Shown: positions 11,104 through 23,328 of the stretch, one piece after another
How the letters are laid out: each line of letters begins with the position of its first letter
How positions within the stretch are numbered: position 1 is the first letter of the stretch
NCBI GenBank assembly: GCA_026770705.1
Contig: JANJGN010000011.1
Span: 106,516,001-106,580,000 of the forward strand
Source: Isurus oxyrinchus
Taxonomy: Eukaryota
Direction: 5' to 3'
Length of the DNA: 64,000 bases
Translations under genes and position numbers: made by a program
The notes under the pieces: generated by a model
Seen by the model: only the letters and a program-made list of their open reading frames with translations
What the model was told of the DNA's origin: nothing
Databases searched by the model: none

Positions 11104-14100
11104 CAGCAGGTCTGGCAGCATCTGTGGAGAGAGAAACAAAGTAAATGGTTCGAGTCTGTATGACTCTTCTTCAGAGCTAAAGAGAAGTAGAAATGTGATG
11201 GATATTATGCTGTTTAAGAGAGAGTGGAGCAGGTGGAGCAAAATAGGTCAGGGATAGGTGAGAGCTTAGGAGAGACTGACAAAGATGTCATGCACACAAG
11301 TCAAAGGGAGTGTTAATGGTCATGGTAAAGGTTAAGGAAGGTGATGACAGTGGCATAAAGGTAAGATAGCAGATGTGTTAATACCAGAACAAGGGTCAGC
11401 GCTCTGTGAAAGAACAACATCGAAAAAAGTGACAGATGGCCCCTGTGGGTGGGGGCGTGGGGTGGGTTGGGGGGGGTGGGGCGGGGGAGGTGGTGGTGGT
11501 GGTGGGCGCGTGGTACAATAAAAGGGAAAAGATAAAAGAAAAGGATAAAAAATAAAAATAAATAAAAATAAATTAAGTAAATAAAGTAATAAATAAATAA
11601 ATATTTTTTTTTTAAATTGGATTTAAAAAGCGATAAAGATGGAGGAGACAGTTCATGGTCTGAAGTTGTTGAACTCAATGTTAAGACCGGAAGGCTGTAA
11701 AGCTCCCATTTGGAAGATGAGGTGCTGTTCCTCCAGTTTGCGTTGAGCTTCACTGGAACATTGCAGCAGGCCAAGGACAGACATGTGGGCATGAGAGCAG
11801 GGTGGTGTGTTGAAATGGCAAGTGATAGGAAGGTCTGGGTCATGCTTGCGGACTGAGCAAAGGTCTTCCACAAAGCTATCACCAAGTCTGTGTTTAGTCT
11901 CTCCAGTGTAGAGGAGAAGTTGAAATCCCCCACTATTACATAATAGGGTAGTAATAGTGGGGGATTTCAACTTCCCCAACATTAACTGGGTTAGTCATAG
12001 TGTGATAGGTTTAGAGGGAGCAGAATTCTTAAAATGCATCCAAGAGAGCTTTTAAGCAAGTACATAGAAGGTCCTACAAGACAGGGGGCGGTCCTGGACT
12101 TAATTTTAGGGAATGAAGCCGAGCAAGTGGTGGAGGAATCCGCAGGGGAGTATTTTTCAGATAGTGATCACAACTCCATTAGATTCAAGGTTGTTATGGA
12201 AAAGGACAAGGATGGGCCAGAAATCAGAGTTCTAATTTGAGGCAAGGCTGATTTTAATAAGATCAGATAGATTTGGCCAGTGTGGACTGGGAGCAGCTAC
12301 TTTTAGGTAAATCTACATCAGAGCAGTGGGACTCATTCAAGAAGGAAACAGGAAGAGTACTGGGCCAACATATTCCAGTAAAGATAAAGAGTGGGACCAA
12401 CAAATCCAGGGAACCCTAGATGTCGAGGGATATACAGGATTGGATAAAAAGAAAAAGGGAGGCTTAAGGCAGATACCGAGGGCTCAAAACAGCAGAAACC
12501 TTAGAAGAGTATAGAATATGTAGGGGGGAACTTAAAAAGGAAATTAGGAGAGCAAAAGGGGGGCATGAAAAGACATTGGCAGGTAAAATGAAGGAAAATC
12601 CAATGTTATTTTACAAATATTTTAAGAGTAAGAGGATAACTAGGGAAAGAGTAGGGCCTATTAAGGACCACATGGTAATTTGTGTGTGGAACTGGAAGAC
12701 GTAGGTAGGGTTCTAAATGAATACTTTGTGTCAGTGTTCACAAGTGAGAGGGACAATGTAGGTGTGGAAATCAGGCAGAAGGACTGTGATATAATTAAAG
12801 AAATTAGCATAGAAAGGGAGGAGGTTCGAAGTGGTCTGGCAGGCTTAAAAGTAGATAATTCTCCAGACCTGGATAAAATGTATCCCAGGCTGTTGAGTGA
12901 GACAAGGAAGGAGATAGCAGGGGCACTGGGCAATAAGTTTCAATACATCTCTGGCCACAGGAGAGGTGCCAGATGACTGGGAGACAACCAATGTGGTACT
13001 ATTATTCAAGAAGGGAGGAAGGGATAAACCAAGGAACTACAGGCCAGTCAGTCTTACCTTAGTGGTGGAGAAACTATTGGAAGCAAGTCTGAGGGACAGA
13101 ATTAATCTACACTTGGAGAGCCAGGGATTAATCAAGGGCAGTCAGCATGGTTTTGTTAAGGGGAGGTCAAGTCTGACCAATTTGATTGAATTTTTCGAAG
13201 AGGTGACCAGGTGTGTAGATGAGGGCAATGTATTTGATGACGTCTACTTGGACTTCAGCAAGGCTTTTGATAAGGTCCCACATGGGATATTGATAACAAA
13301 GGTAAGAGCCCATGGGATCCAAAGCAATTTGGCAAATTGGATCCAGAATTGGCTGAGTGGCAGGAAGCAGAGGGTGATGGTCGAGGGGTGCTTTTGTGGC
13401 TGGACGTCTGTGCCCAGTGGGGTTCCACAGGAATCAGTGTTGGGTACCTTGCTGTTTGTGGTATATATATTAATGATTTAGACTTGAATGAGGAGGGTTG
13501 GTCAGTAAGGTTGTGGATGACACGACAGTTGGTGGGGGTGGTAAATAGTGAGGAGGATAGCCTGAGGTTACAGGACGATATAAACAGGCTGGTCAGATGG
13601 GCTGATCTGTGGCAAATGGAATTTAATCCACATAAGTATGAGGTGATGCACTTGGGCAAGACAAACAACGCATGGGAATACATGACAAATGGTAAGACTC
13701 TGGGAAGTACCAAGGATCAGAGAGACCTTGGTGTGCATGTCCACCAGTCCCTTAAGGTAGTGCAACAGGTAGATAAGGTGGTTAAGAAGACATATGGGAT
13801 ACTTGCCTTTATTAGCCGAGGCATGGAATATAAGAGCAGGAAGGTTATGCTGGAACTGTATAAAACGTTGGTTAGGCCACAGCTAGAGTATTCCGTGCAG
13901 TTCTGGAATCCGCATTATAGGAAGGATGTGATTGCACAAGAGAGAGTGCAGAGGAGATTTACCAGGATGTTGCCTGGGCTGGAGAGTTTTAGTTATGAGG
14001 AGAGATTGGATAACTGGGATTATTTTCCTTGGAGCTGAGGAGATTGAGGGGGACATGACTGAGGTGTATAAAATTATGAGGGGCATAGATAGGGTAGACA

Positions 14101-15320
14101 GGAAGGAACTTTTCCCCTTGGTAGAGAGATCAATAACCAGGGGGCATAGATGTAAGGTAAGGGGCAGGAGGTTTAGAGGGGATGTGATGAAGAATTTTTT
14201 CACCCAGAGGTTGGTGGGAACTCACTGCCTGAAAGGGTGGGAGAGGCAGAAACCTCATAACATTTAAGAAGTATTTGGGTGTGCACTTGCGATGACATGG
14301 CATACAAGGCTATGGGCCTAGCACTGGAAAATGGGATTAGAATAATTAGGTATTTGTTTGACTGGCACAGAACTCGATAGGCCGAAGGGCCTTTTTCTGT
14401 GCTGTAGACCTCTATGACTCTATGGCTCTATGAGACCGCATTGGGAGCAGCAAATACAGTGGACTAAATTGAAGGAGGTGCATGTGAAGCACCACCTCAC
14501 CTGAAAGGAGTGTTTGGGGCCTTGGACAGTGTGGAGGGAGGAGATCAAGGGGCAAGCGTTGTTCCTTCTGCAATTGCATAGGCAGGTGTCGTGGGAAGGG
14601 GGTGAGGAATTGGGGTTGATGGAGGAGTGGACCAGGGTGTCACAGAGGGAGTGGTCCCTACAGAATGCTGACAGGGGAGGTGAGGGGAAGATGTGTTTGA
14701 TATGGCATCATGCTGGATTTGGCAGAAGTGGAGAAGGATGATACTTTGAATGTGGACGCTGGTTGGGTGAAAAGCGAGGACAGAGGTACCCTATCTGGGA
14801 GGGAGGGGGAATGGGTGAGGGCAGAGTTGCGGGAGATGGGCCGGACACAGTTGAGAGCCCTGTCAACCAGAGTGGGGGGATCTCTCAGTTAAGGAAAAAG
14901 GAAGACATGTCAGAAGTGTCATTTTGGAAGGTAGCATCATCAGGGCAGATGCGACGGAGGCAGGGGAACTGGAAGAATGGTGTCCTTACAGGAAGCAGGC
15001 CGTAAGGAACTATAATCAAGGTAGCTGTGGAAGTCTGTGGGCCTGTAATGAATATTGGTAGATAGCCTATCACCAGAAATGGAGACAGAGAGGTCAAGGA
15101 AGGAATGGGAAGTGTCAGAGATGGATCCACCCTCTCCAACCCCTCTTAAACAGTATAATATCCATCACATTCCTACTTCTCTTTAGCTCTGAAGAACTCA
15201 TATGGACTCAAAACATTAATTCTCTTTCTCTCTCACAGATGCTGCCAGACCTGCTGAATTTTTCCAGCATTTTCTGTTTTTATTTCAGATTTCAAGCATC
15301 CGCAGTATTTTGCTTTTAAC
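11104..15320 (-). mobile_element. Penelope-like element with inverted terminal pseudo-LTR, split by a CR1 insertion
   Basis: ORF remnants 15138-14432 and 11915-11653 (LLYTGETKHRLGDSF..LNIEFNNFRP) join across the CR1; 11104-11225 is an inverted copy of about 15140-15260. Confidence 0.85.
11918..14431 (+). mobile_element. 5'-truncated CR1 LINE (ORF2 from APE end through RT), frameshifted
   Basis: GDFNFPNINW, PTRQGAVLDLIL, NYRPVSLT, QHGFVKGRS, YLDFSKAFDKVPH, LVRPQLEYSVQFW; (ctctatga)n tail; GAGA duplicated at both junctions. Confidence 0.92.
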
Positions 15321-15476
15321 TTTAGATCCATCTTGTTCTATGTGTTTTTCTTCCCCTCCTATTTTGTTTTGCTGGGTCGGTCTTCATCTTGTTTCTTTCT
15401 TTGCCACTTGATATTGCAAAGATTGTTTTAATGTAGCCATTCACACTTTGTTTGGACCAACCCTTGTTTCTTTATT

Positions 15477-16043
15477 GGGCAGAATTTTCTGCCTGTTGGG
15501 TGGGTGGGCCCGACCAAATCTCCGGAAGGCAGGGAGCCAATCCCCACCAGCGAAGCAGGCTGCACCGCCATTTTACATGGGTGGGCCAATTAAGGCCCAC
15601 CCAGCGGATGTCCAGCGGGAAGCGCTATGCACTCCCTGTGCAGGCAGGGGGGATTCCTAAAAGCGAGAGTGTGCTCTTTCACGAATACGCATAAAAGACT
15701 GCACATCTCCCTGAGGCTACGTGCAGCCTCAGGGAGATTGACTGGACTTTGAAAAATATTAAAAATAGAAAAATAAATTCCTTACATGACCCCCTCATGT
15801 GACAATGTCACATGAATTGGGACATGTTCATACTTTACAGAATAACTTTATTAAAAATTTTTAAAACCCTGCATGAAACCTCATCCAGCCACTGGATGAG
15901 GTTTCGTGTTTTCTCTATTTGCTGCCGGGGCTTCTAGCCTGTCTGCCAACCTTAAGGCGGGCTGCACTGCCATTTTACGTGGGTGGGCCAATTTCAGCGA
16001 GCGGGCCCCGTGCCCCCCACTCGCCGATGGTAAAATTCTGCCC
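15477..16043. mobile_element. Harbinger-type MITE
   Basis: TIR gggcagaatttt / aaaattctgccc; TSD ATT. Confidence 0.9.
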
Positions 16044-16183
16044 ATTATATTCATTGTCACTCTCTTTGGATGTTGCATCATGAAATCTTTTGTTACTTAA
16101 TCCATCCTGGCCCCCACCCTATCACAGTCCTTTTCCTTTCTGACTCTCCCCCATTCTACTGGCTAACAATCCTATCTTTCCTC

Positions 16184-16220
16184 AGTTCTGATGAAAGGTC
16201 ATCGACCTGAAACGTTAACT
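16184..16220 (+). ncRNA. minimal type I hammerhead ribozyme motif in a Penelope 3' repeat
   Basis: AGTT-CTGATGA-A-AGGTC-atc-GACCT-GAAA-CG-TT-AACT: intact core, 5-bp stem II, 4-bp stem I, palindromic ACGT stem III, GUU triplet. Confidence 0.75.
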
Positions 16221-16339
16221 CTATTCTATCCACAGATGCTGCCTAACTTGCTGTTTTTTCCCAGTTGTTTTGGACTTATTTCAGTCTGAATGATCTATGT
16301 TCCATAATACATCATCAACATTTTACTTTGAGAATTAAA

Positions 16340-16672
16340 TCTCCTGACCTCTCTGTCCAGTTGAATTCTTGAGTACAGTCTTGAGGGAGTGCTGCATTGT
16401 TGGGGGTTCCATCTTTTGGATGAGACAGGTCGATGCAAAAGATCCCATGGCACTGTTTGAGGAAAAGAAGGGGAGTTCTCTCCAGTGTCCTAACCAACAT
16501 TTGTCCCTCAACCAATATCAAAACCAAATGATTTGGTCATTTATTTGCTTACTGTTTGTAGGAATTTGCTGTCAGCCCATACTCCTAGGTAGGATTCTCA
16601 TCTCTCAGTCAGAAAGTTATGAATTTCAGTTCCAATCCAGAGATTTAAGCACAAAATTAACCCTGATACTCC
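16340..16672 (+). mobile_element. Deu-domain SINE (SacSINE1/AmnSINE1-like) fragments
   Basis: gagggagtgctgcattgt..aaaagatcccatggcact..gttctctccagtgtcct..tccctcaaccaa, followed by a head-like segment tcagtcagaaagttatg..tccagagatttaagcacaaaa. Confidence 0.7.
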
Positions 16673-17374
16673 AAAGGGTGCAGGAATTTTGCTTGTTTTT
16701 CAGTATTATTTTCAAGTTGTTGTTAACTTGTTTAAAATGGCCAGTGTTGAAAGAAGACCAGCAAGATAATACGCCCCATTAACCCTGCATTCATTTCCTA
16801 AACTGAAGAAATCAAACCAAATGCAACAAGTTTCAAGATGAGGTAAGATTAATTGCATCTTGGAAAAAAATCTCACACTAGATGTGTTAAAATTGAATAA
16901 AATTTTGAATTCTCATCATTTTCAAATTCTCAAAGTTCAAGGATCTTATGGAGTGCTTCTGGAAACCCTCACCACACTGCCAAAATTAGCACACATGAAG
17001 TTGGCAGCTCTCCCGTGTCATGGGGGCCACTCGTCTGTTGGCAATTTGCTGTTAGGCTCCAAGCATTGACCCTAATTAGGTTGTTAAATGTTTAAATTGG
17101 CTGTCCACCTCCATTTGGCATTCAAATCCCCTTTGTATGTGGTCCCACCTCTGAGTGGGGTGATTGTCTGGGGGGGCGGTGGGGGTGGTGGTGGTAGGAG
17201 GGGGGTGGGGTATCCCTGCTAATTTCCTGGCTGCCCTGCCTCCCGGCCCACCACCCGGAACTAGGAAGATCCTGCCCATTCCTTCCTCTTGTGCTAGGTT
17301 TTGTAAGTCACCTGTATTTCACTTGATGGGTTTGAAAGTTGTCTGAACCCTACAATCAGGTTTCGAGCTTGTAA

Positions 17375-17528
17375 TTATTTATTTATTTATTTATTTTGAA
17401 AAATATACTTTATTCATAAAATATCTGGCAGAACATTCCAAACCATTTCAAAATCACCATCACATAAGTACAATCAGATTCAACTTTTACACATGTATCA
17501 CAAGATGCATCAATACAATCAATTTTCA
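17375..17528 (-). mobile_element. 5'-truncated L1/Tx1-type 3' end
   Basis: Minus strand ends aataaagtatatttttcaa(aata)n; 17-bp TSD aggtttc[g/a]agcttgtaa at 17358-17374 and 17529-17545. Confidence 0.7.
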
Positions 17529-19116
17529 AGGTTTCAAGCTTGTAAGTTCCGAAGAATTTTTTATTCGCCATTATTGCAAACACAGCAGCAGAGTCCAGCA
17601 TGCCATACATCTTTTGTTGTCATTTCATAGTTACTATCAGTGATAACTTACAGCAATAAAAAAGTGCAAAAAACCTTTCAGTTCCCATCAGGTATTACAG
17701 TATACTGTCACAATTGAGGCATAACATGTATAATTTTGACTTTGAGCTGCAATGTTAAACAGTCAATATTGATTTAGAAACCCATTATACATCTATCTCA
17801 ATTTGCATTTCTATTGAAGTCTGGGAATGACCATTAGGAGAGCCGCATAATGAACAGCTGAATTGATAGCTCCCATTTTACATTATCACCCAGAGTTACA
17901 ATTATTTCCAATGTAATCACAAAATCCTCTTTCTTCACACAATATTTCTTCACCTCACAAATCAGAGTTTGTTTTTAAAAACAATAAAAAGTGAATAAAA
18001 TAAAGTGACTGTGTAGAACATAAACAAAACGGATGAAAAAAATACCAAATTGAAGAACACAAATAGGACATCCAGGGTAGAATCTTCAGGCCCTGCCCAA
18101 GTTGGGAATGGGGCCAGAAAATACCAGTGCCAGCTAGTGTGCCAGTTTCCCGACACCCATCCAGAGCCAGCCATCTTTGGGGAAGTGGATAAGGGAGTTC
18201 AGCAAGGCTTCCCACTCCCATGAGATGAGTAGTCAATCAGGCTCATTAAGACCCTTGTTAAGGGCACTGGCAGAAGGCCGATTGGGATTTACCAGCCTGA
18301 CGCAACACCTGGTGGAGTGGAGGGGGGAGAGGGGCAGGGGTGTCACTGGGGTGTCAGCACTTTAGGAAGGCATACAATCCCTCCTGGCCTACCTGGATGC
18401 AGGAGTAGCCAAAGGCTGTCCTGTTTAGGGATTGCCCTCTCTATTGTGGTGGCATGACTGTGTTTTCTGTTTTTTATTTAAATTAGTAAGAAAGTTGGCA
18501 ATTGGGACCCTTTCATGTTGAAGCACCCTTTCATACCTACCCCTTGCTATAGTGGTTGCTCCTCTCAAGCTGGAAGGCCTCTGATTGCTTCAAGAGCCCA
18601 CCCACCATCCTTAATTGGAAAAAGGGAATCAGTCTTCATGCCATTTAGAGGGGCACCTCTGTAAAAATCCAAGGTCAGGATTGTTTCTCCCTGTGGATCG
18701 ATTCAGAAACCTGTAAACAGTCTCGGCTCATGTTTCCCACCCCCAAGCAGAAAATTCATTCCCCCTACTGATGCAAGTTTCAAAAGAAAAGCACTCAAAT
18801 AATAAAATTTTAACTTGTCTTCAAATCATGATGCACAGATTCAATCAATTAGAGCTTAACAAAAGAGCATGTCAGCAGTAATCAGCTCAAGTTTAGCAAC
18901 ACTTCCTAGAAACATCCAGGGTCTGTGGTCAGGTACTAATTATTCTGCGGCAGCTCCACGTTAAAGAAAAGGTTTTACTTTCTGGAAATCAAAATAGCAG
19001 TTATTTTTTGTTTTTTCTGGTGCTGCCACATTATAAATGGAATATGGTTTATGTAATAGTGGATAACTGAAGTTTCTGGGATTTGGATTCCTCCCTTCCT
19101 CTTCCAAAAACATGAT

Positions 19117-19721
19117 GGGCAGGAATTCCCCACGGTGGGAGTGAGCACAAACCTGATCGGTGCACCCAATCGGGTACGCGCTGCCATTTCATGTGGGCAG
19201 GCCAATTAAGGCCTGCCCAGCGTGATGCACAACCGGAAGTGCTGAGCGCTCCCTGTGCAGGCAGGGGGGATTCCCTGAGCCGGGGTCTGCGATCTTTCGT
19301 GCATGCCTCAGGGAGATTAGCTTAAGTTTTGAAAAATGTAATAAAGGTAAAAAAAAATTTAAGGACATGTCCCCTCATGTGAAACTGTCACATGAGCTGG
19401 GACAGGTCCATTAATTTTTTCAAAAAATTTGATGTAATTAATAAACCCTTCACGAAACCTCATCCCATCCGTGGATGAGGTTTCATGAAAAATGTGAAGG
19501 CTACCTGAGCTCTTCGCTTGCCTGCCAACCTTAAGGTTGGACCGGCAGCATTCTTAACAGCTTTAATTACTTTGTTAATGGTCTTAATAGGCCTTTGACA
19601 GCTCTGCGGGCACACAGCCGATAACGCGTGGTGATGTCGGGACACCCACCCGACATTTTATGTCATTTTATGCGTTGGAGAGTGGGCCCCGCCCCTGCAC
19701 GCCAACAGGAAAATTCTTCCC
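19117..19721. mobile_element. Harbinger-type MITE
   Basis: TIR gggcaggaattcc / ggaaaattcttccc; TSD GAT; same internal hairpins as 15477-16043. Confidence 0.85.
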
Positions 19722-19929
19722 GATCTGACCAGAGGGGAATAACAAACTGTGCATATTATTAGCTTTACATGACAAAAAATCCCAAGGCACTATTTACAGG
19801 GATCTCTCTCACTTCAGCTACCATGCCCTCAGAGGGCATTGGCAACCATGGACCTCCATGTTAATCTTACTCTGGAGGCATGGTTCATCTTCATTGGTGG
19901 TACTTCCAGTTTGTGAGGCTTCTTAGAAA

Positions 19930-20235
19930 GATCATTCTTTGTTTACATCCATCTCTCTCACCATCGATCCTCTCCATCCTCTAAATTATGATTTCTTATT
20001 ATGTGCCCAATAAATTCCAGCTGTCTCGTCCTGATGTTGGTCAGCAGAGCTTTTTTGGTCTCAGATTTTACTAGCATCTCTTCACTGGTCGTGTGACTTG
20101 TCCAAGATACTTTCATTATTGCTTCAGAAACCACAACTTTGCAGCCCCAATTCTTCTCTTCACTGATCATCCAACACTCACTTCCGTATGTCAAAATTGG
20201 TGTGATGTAGCATTCCAGGATTCCCAGCATAGGAA
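19930..20235 (-). mobile_element. RTE-clade LINE fragment
   Basis: PILTYGSECW..KVSWTSHTTSEEML..NIRTRQLEFIGHIIR. Confidence 0.75.
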
Positions 20236-20735
20236 CCATAAAAAGTTATGGTGCAGAAAGAGGCCATTCAGCCCATCCTGTCTGCGCTGGCCAAAAAAAG
20301 ACAAAAATAAACTAGTTATTCATTTTTAATTCCATCTTCCAGCACTTGGCCCATATACTTGCAGGTTACTGCACTTCCGGTGCAGATCGAGGTACTTTTT
20401 AAACGAGTTGAGCATTTCAGCCTTAACCACCAATTTAGCCAGTGAATTCCAGATGAGCACCACTCTCTGGGTGAAAAAGCTTTTCCTCATGTCCCCTCTA
20501 ATCCTTCTACCAATCACCTTAAATTTATGCCTCCTGGTAATTCACACCTCCACTAGGGGAAACAGGTCCTTCCTGGTTCCTGTTTTTAGTGTCTACCCTA
20601 TCTCAGCCCCTCATAATTTTGTACATCTCAATTAGGTAACCCCCTCAGCTCCCTCTGTTCTAAGGAAGAAAACCCTAGCTATCCAAACTTTCCTCATAGC
20701 TGCAATTTTCAAGGCCTGGCAACGTTTTTGTAAAT
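20236..20735 (-). mobile_element. CR1 3' fragment
   Basis: RRIRGDMRKSFFTQRVVLIWNSL; tail ggccattcagccc on the plus strand. Confidence 0.8.
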
Positions 20736-20739
20736 TAAT

Positions 20740-21085
20740 TAGGGAAGGGACCAAAAATGTACTCCAAGAGGTTTGGGGAGAGAATGCCACAGTGCTGTGC
20801 ATGGTGGCTGATGGCTGCTGGTGTGGTAGAAGCATAGCAAATCAGAGTTGAAATGGTAGTGCGTACATGTTGGGAAATAGGCCTGGAGAGGATTGCATAG
20901 GTGAAACGAAGCAGTACAGCAGGGGTTTTAAGAATGAAGGATTAGAGCAAATCTGTGCGGACAGCAGTGGGTTAGAATAAAGGTCACAGGGTTCTTGATG
21001 TATTAGAAAGGTGTAGAGTGAAACTAGCAAGCACAGCACTGGAGCAGTCATGCAATAGGTTAGCTGAATGTATGTATGGGGTATA
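20740..21085 (-). mobile_element. old L2-like RT fragment
   Basis: LHDCSSAVLASF resembles the L2 RLDYCNALLAGL motif; strongly decayed. Confidence 0.4.
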
Positions 21086-21091
21086 ATAACA

Positions 21092-22492
21092 AGGCAGAAT
21101 TTTATGGTTCCCCGGTGATGGATTTATCCAGGGGGGAGGCGTGTGGCTGTAAAATTCCTCAGGTGACCTTCTTGCCACCTCCGACTAGTCTGCAGAGTCA
21201 TGGAGGGGGAGGGTGGTGGGCAAGGCTTAGAACAGCCCACCTGCCCAAGCAGTCAATTATTGGCCACTTAAGGGTTGCCTCTAGCCTCGCCGCAATTTTT
21301 CGTCCAGCAAGAGGAGGTCACAGATGGAATGGAAGTTTAAGGGGAGGATTTTTCCCCTTGTAAGGCAGGAGCGGCGGGCAGGCCTGGGAACGGTCCCGAA
21401 TGGTCCATCACCCACAATTGGACCCCAACCACGATTTCACGCTGGCTGGCCAATTAATGGCCAATAATGGCCAGCCAACATGAATGGAAATGCGGAAATG
21501 CTCAGTGCTGCTGTGGTGGGGTGGAGAGAGGAGGGCGAGACCAGAAGTCTGAACAGGCGCAGGGGAGCACTTACTGAAAGCTCCCTGAAGGCAGAGAGCT
21601 GCCTCAGTAAGCTGAAAATTTCTAACATTCAAAATAAAGCTTTTAAAATTAAGGTCAACATGTTTCCTCAACATGTTTCCTCATGAGCAGGGACATGTTA
21701 AAAATTAGATTTAATACTTTTTATTTTATTTTTAATTAACATCGGAAGCCTCATCCTGCCCGTGGATGAGGTTTCCTCAAAAATCCAAAGGCTGCTTGGC
21801 CTTTTTGCCTGGACACCAACTGTAAGGTTGGACAGCTAGGGAAAAATTCAGTTTAATTAATTATTAATAAGCTTAATAGCTTTCTTAATTGTTGCTGGGT
21901 GCATTGCTGACTCCTGCATGTGCCTGCTGGTTGAAATGTCATGTGATGACATCAGGACACTTGCCCAATGTCATCACACACTACTTCACCCTCGTGCCCG
22001 TCAGATGCATGCCTGCATGCTGAGCTGAAAACCCAGCCCTAACACATCAACCTGCTTAGGCATTGGGTGGGAAAGGCAGGGGCAGGGGCACCTCCATCAC
22101 TGCCCCCCTTTCCAAATCGGGCATCCCCTCATAAAGGTCTGCCTTCCACCCTCCACACGCCCCACCCCGTACTCCCTCCATGTCTGGCCTTGCAATCATG
22201 ACCCCAAGCCCCCTGTTCCCATCACACCTTGACCTACCCTCCCAACCCCAACATGAGACCCAGCACCTATCTGGTCCTAGGGCCTCTGGCTGTCCGGCAG
22301 TGGATATCGCTCAAGATGGCGCTGCTTGGATGACAGAGACCCCAGCCAATCAGATTGGCAGGCAGCTCTCTGAGGTGGGACTTCTTTGGAGTGTTAAATG
22401 GCTGCAAGGCTGCCGTGATTGGCAGGGATGCATTCCCCACCAACTCTTCCAGTGGCGAAGCGGAAAACCTCGCCATTCGGAAAATCCTGCCC
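21092..22492. mobile_element. Harbinger-type MITE containing a second MITE
   Basis: Outer TIR aggcagaatttt / aaaatcctgccc; inner element 21341-22039 with TSD TAA and the family hairpins. Confidence 0.7.
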
Positions 22493-22699
22493 ATTTTGTA
22501 TTATTGGGATATAAAATACCTCATTCATTATGAAGGAGGGTATCTCAGTAACTCATTGTTCAGACCTGGTGTTTCAAAATGCATGGCAAAATATCTAACA
22601 AACAAATGTGAAATGCACAAGGTAATTTTTGAATGGTAAGGAAAATCATTGCATTCAAGCAGGATTGACATGGAAACTTCAAATGTCCTGACTTCAACT

Positions 22700-23328
22700 G
22701 TTAGGCCTGACGGGCCTGGAAGCAGATGGGAAATCATCCCCTGACCACGATTTCATGCAGGTTGGCCAATTAACGGGCAGCCAGTGTGAAATGTGCTGGA
22801 GAAAGGCTCAGCATTGCCAGTGGGGGCAGGAAGAGGGCGGGCGCCAGTGCCACCACAGGTACTGGTGAGCACTTCTACTGAGCTCCCTGAAGGCAGACAG
22901 ATGCCTCAGGGAGCTGCAGACCTTCATAGGGTAAACAAAACAACAAAAACGCTGCAAAATATGTCCATGCAGCACAATCAAGGACCTGAAAACAGACCTC
23001 ATAAAACAAATAGCCCACAGATCTTTTTTTTTATTTTAAATCCGAATGGAGATTTCATCCTGCCCTTGGATAAGGTTTCATCAAAAATGTAAAGCCTGCC
23101 TGGCCGATTGGCTCACAGCCAATTGTAAGGTTGGATGGGCCACGAAAAATCACTTATAATTGGGCCGTTAATGAGCTTAATTGCCTGCTTAATTCTCGGC
23201 AGGTGTTCTTCCAACTTTTGCACGCGCCCGCCAAGCGAAATATTGCGCGGGTGCGCAATGAAGTCGGAACTCTCAACTGATGTCATCTGGCGTGAGTTTA
23301 CGCCTGTTCGGGACGTAAAATTCTGGCC
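22700..23328. mobile_element. Harbinger-type MITE, left end not found
   Basis: Internally similar to 21341-22039; right TIR aaaattctggcc. Confidence 0.7.

Noticed and set aside
11313-11933. 206-aa ORF with hydrophobic and His/Pro runs
   Set aside because: Alternative frame of the Penelope end running through low-complexity UTR; starts in the CR1 fold-back
17410-17610. ORF MYGMLDSAAV...
   Set aside because: Runs into the L1/Tx1 insert; with the insert removed it stops after about 27 codons
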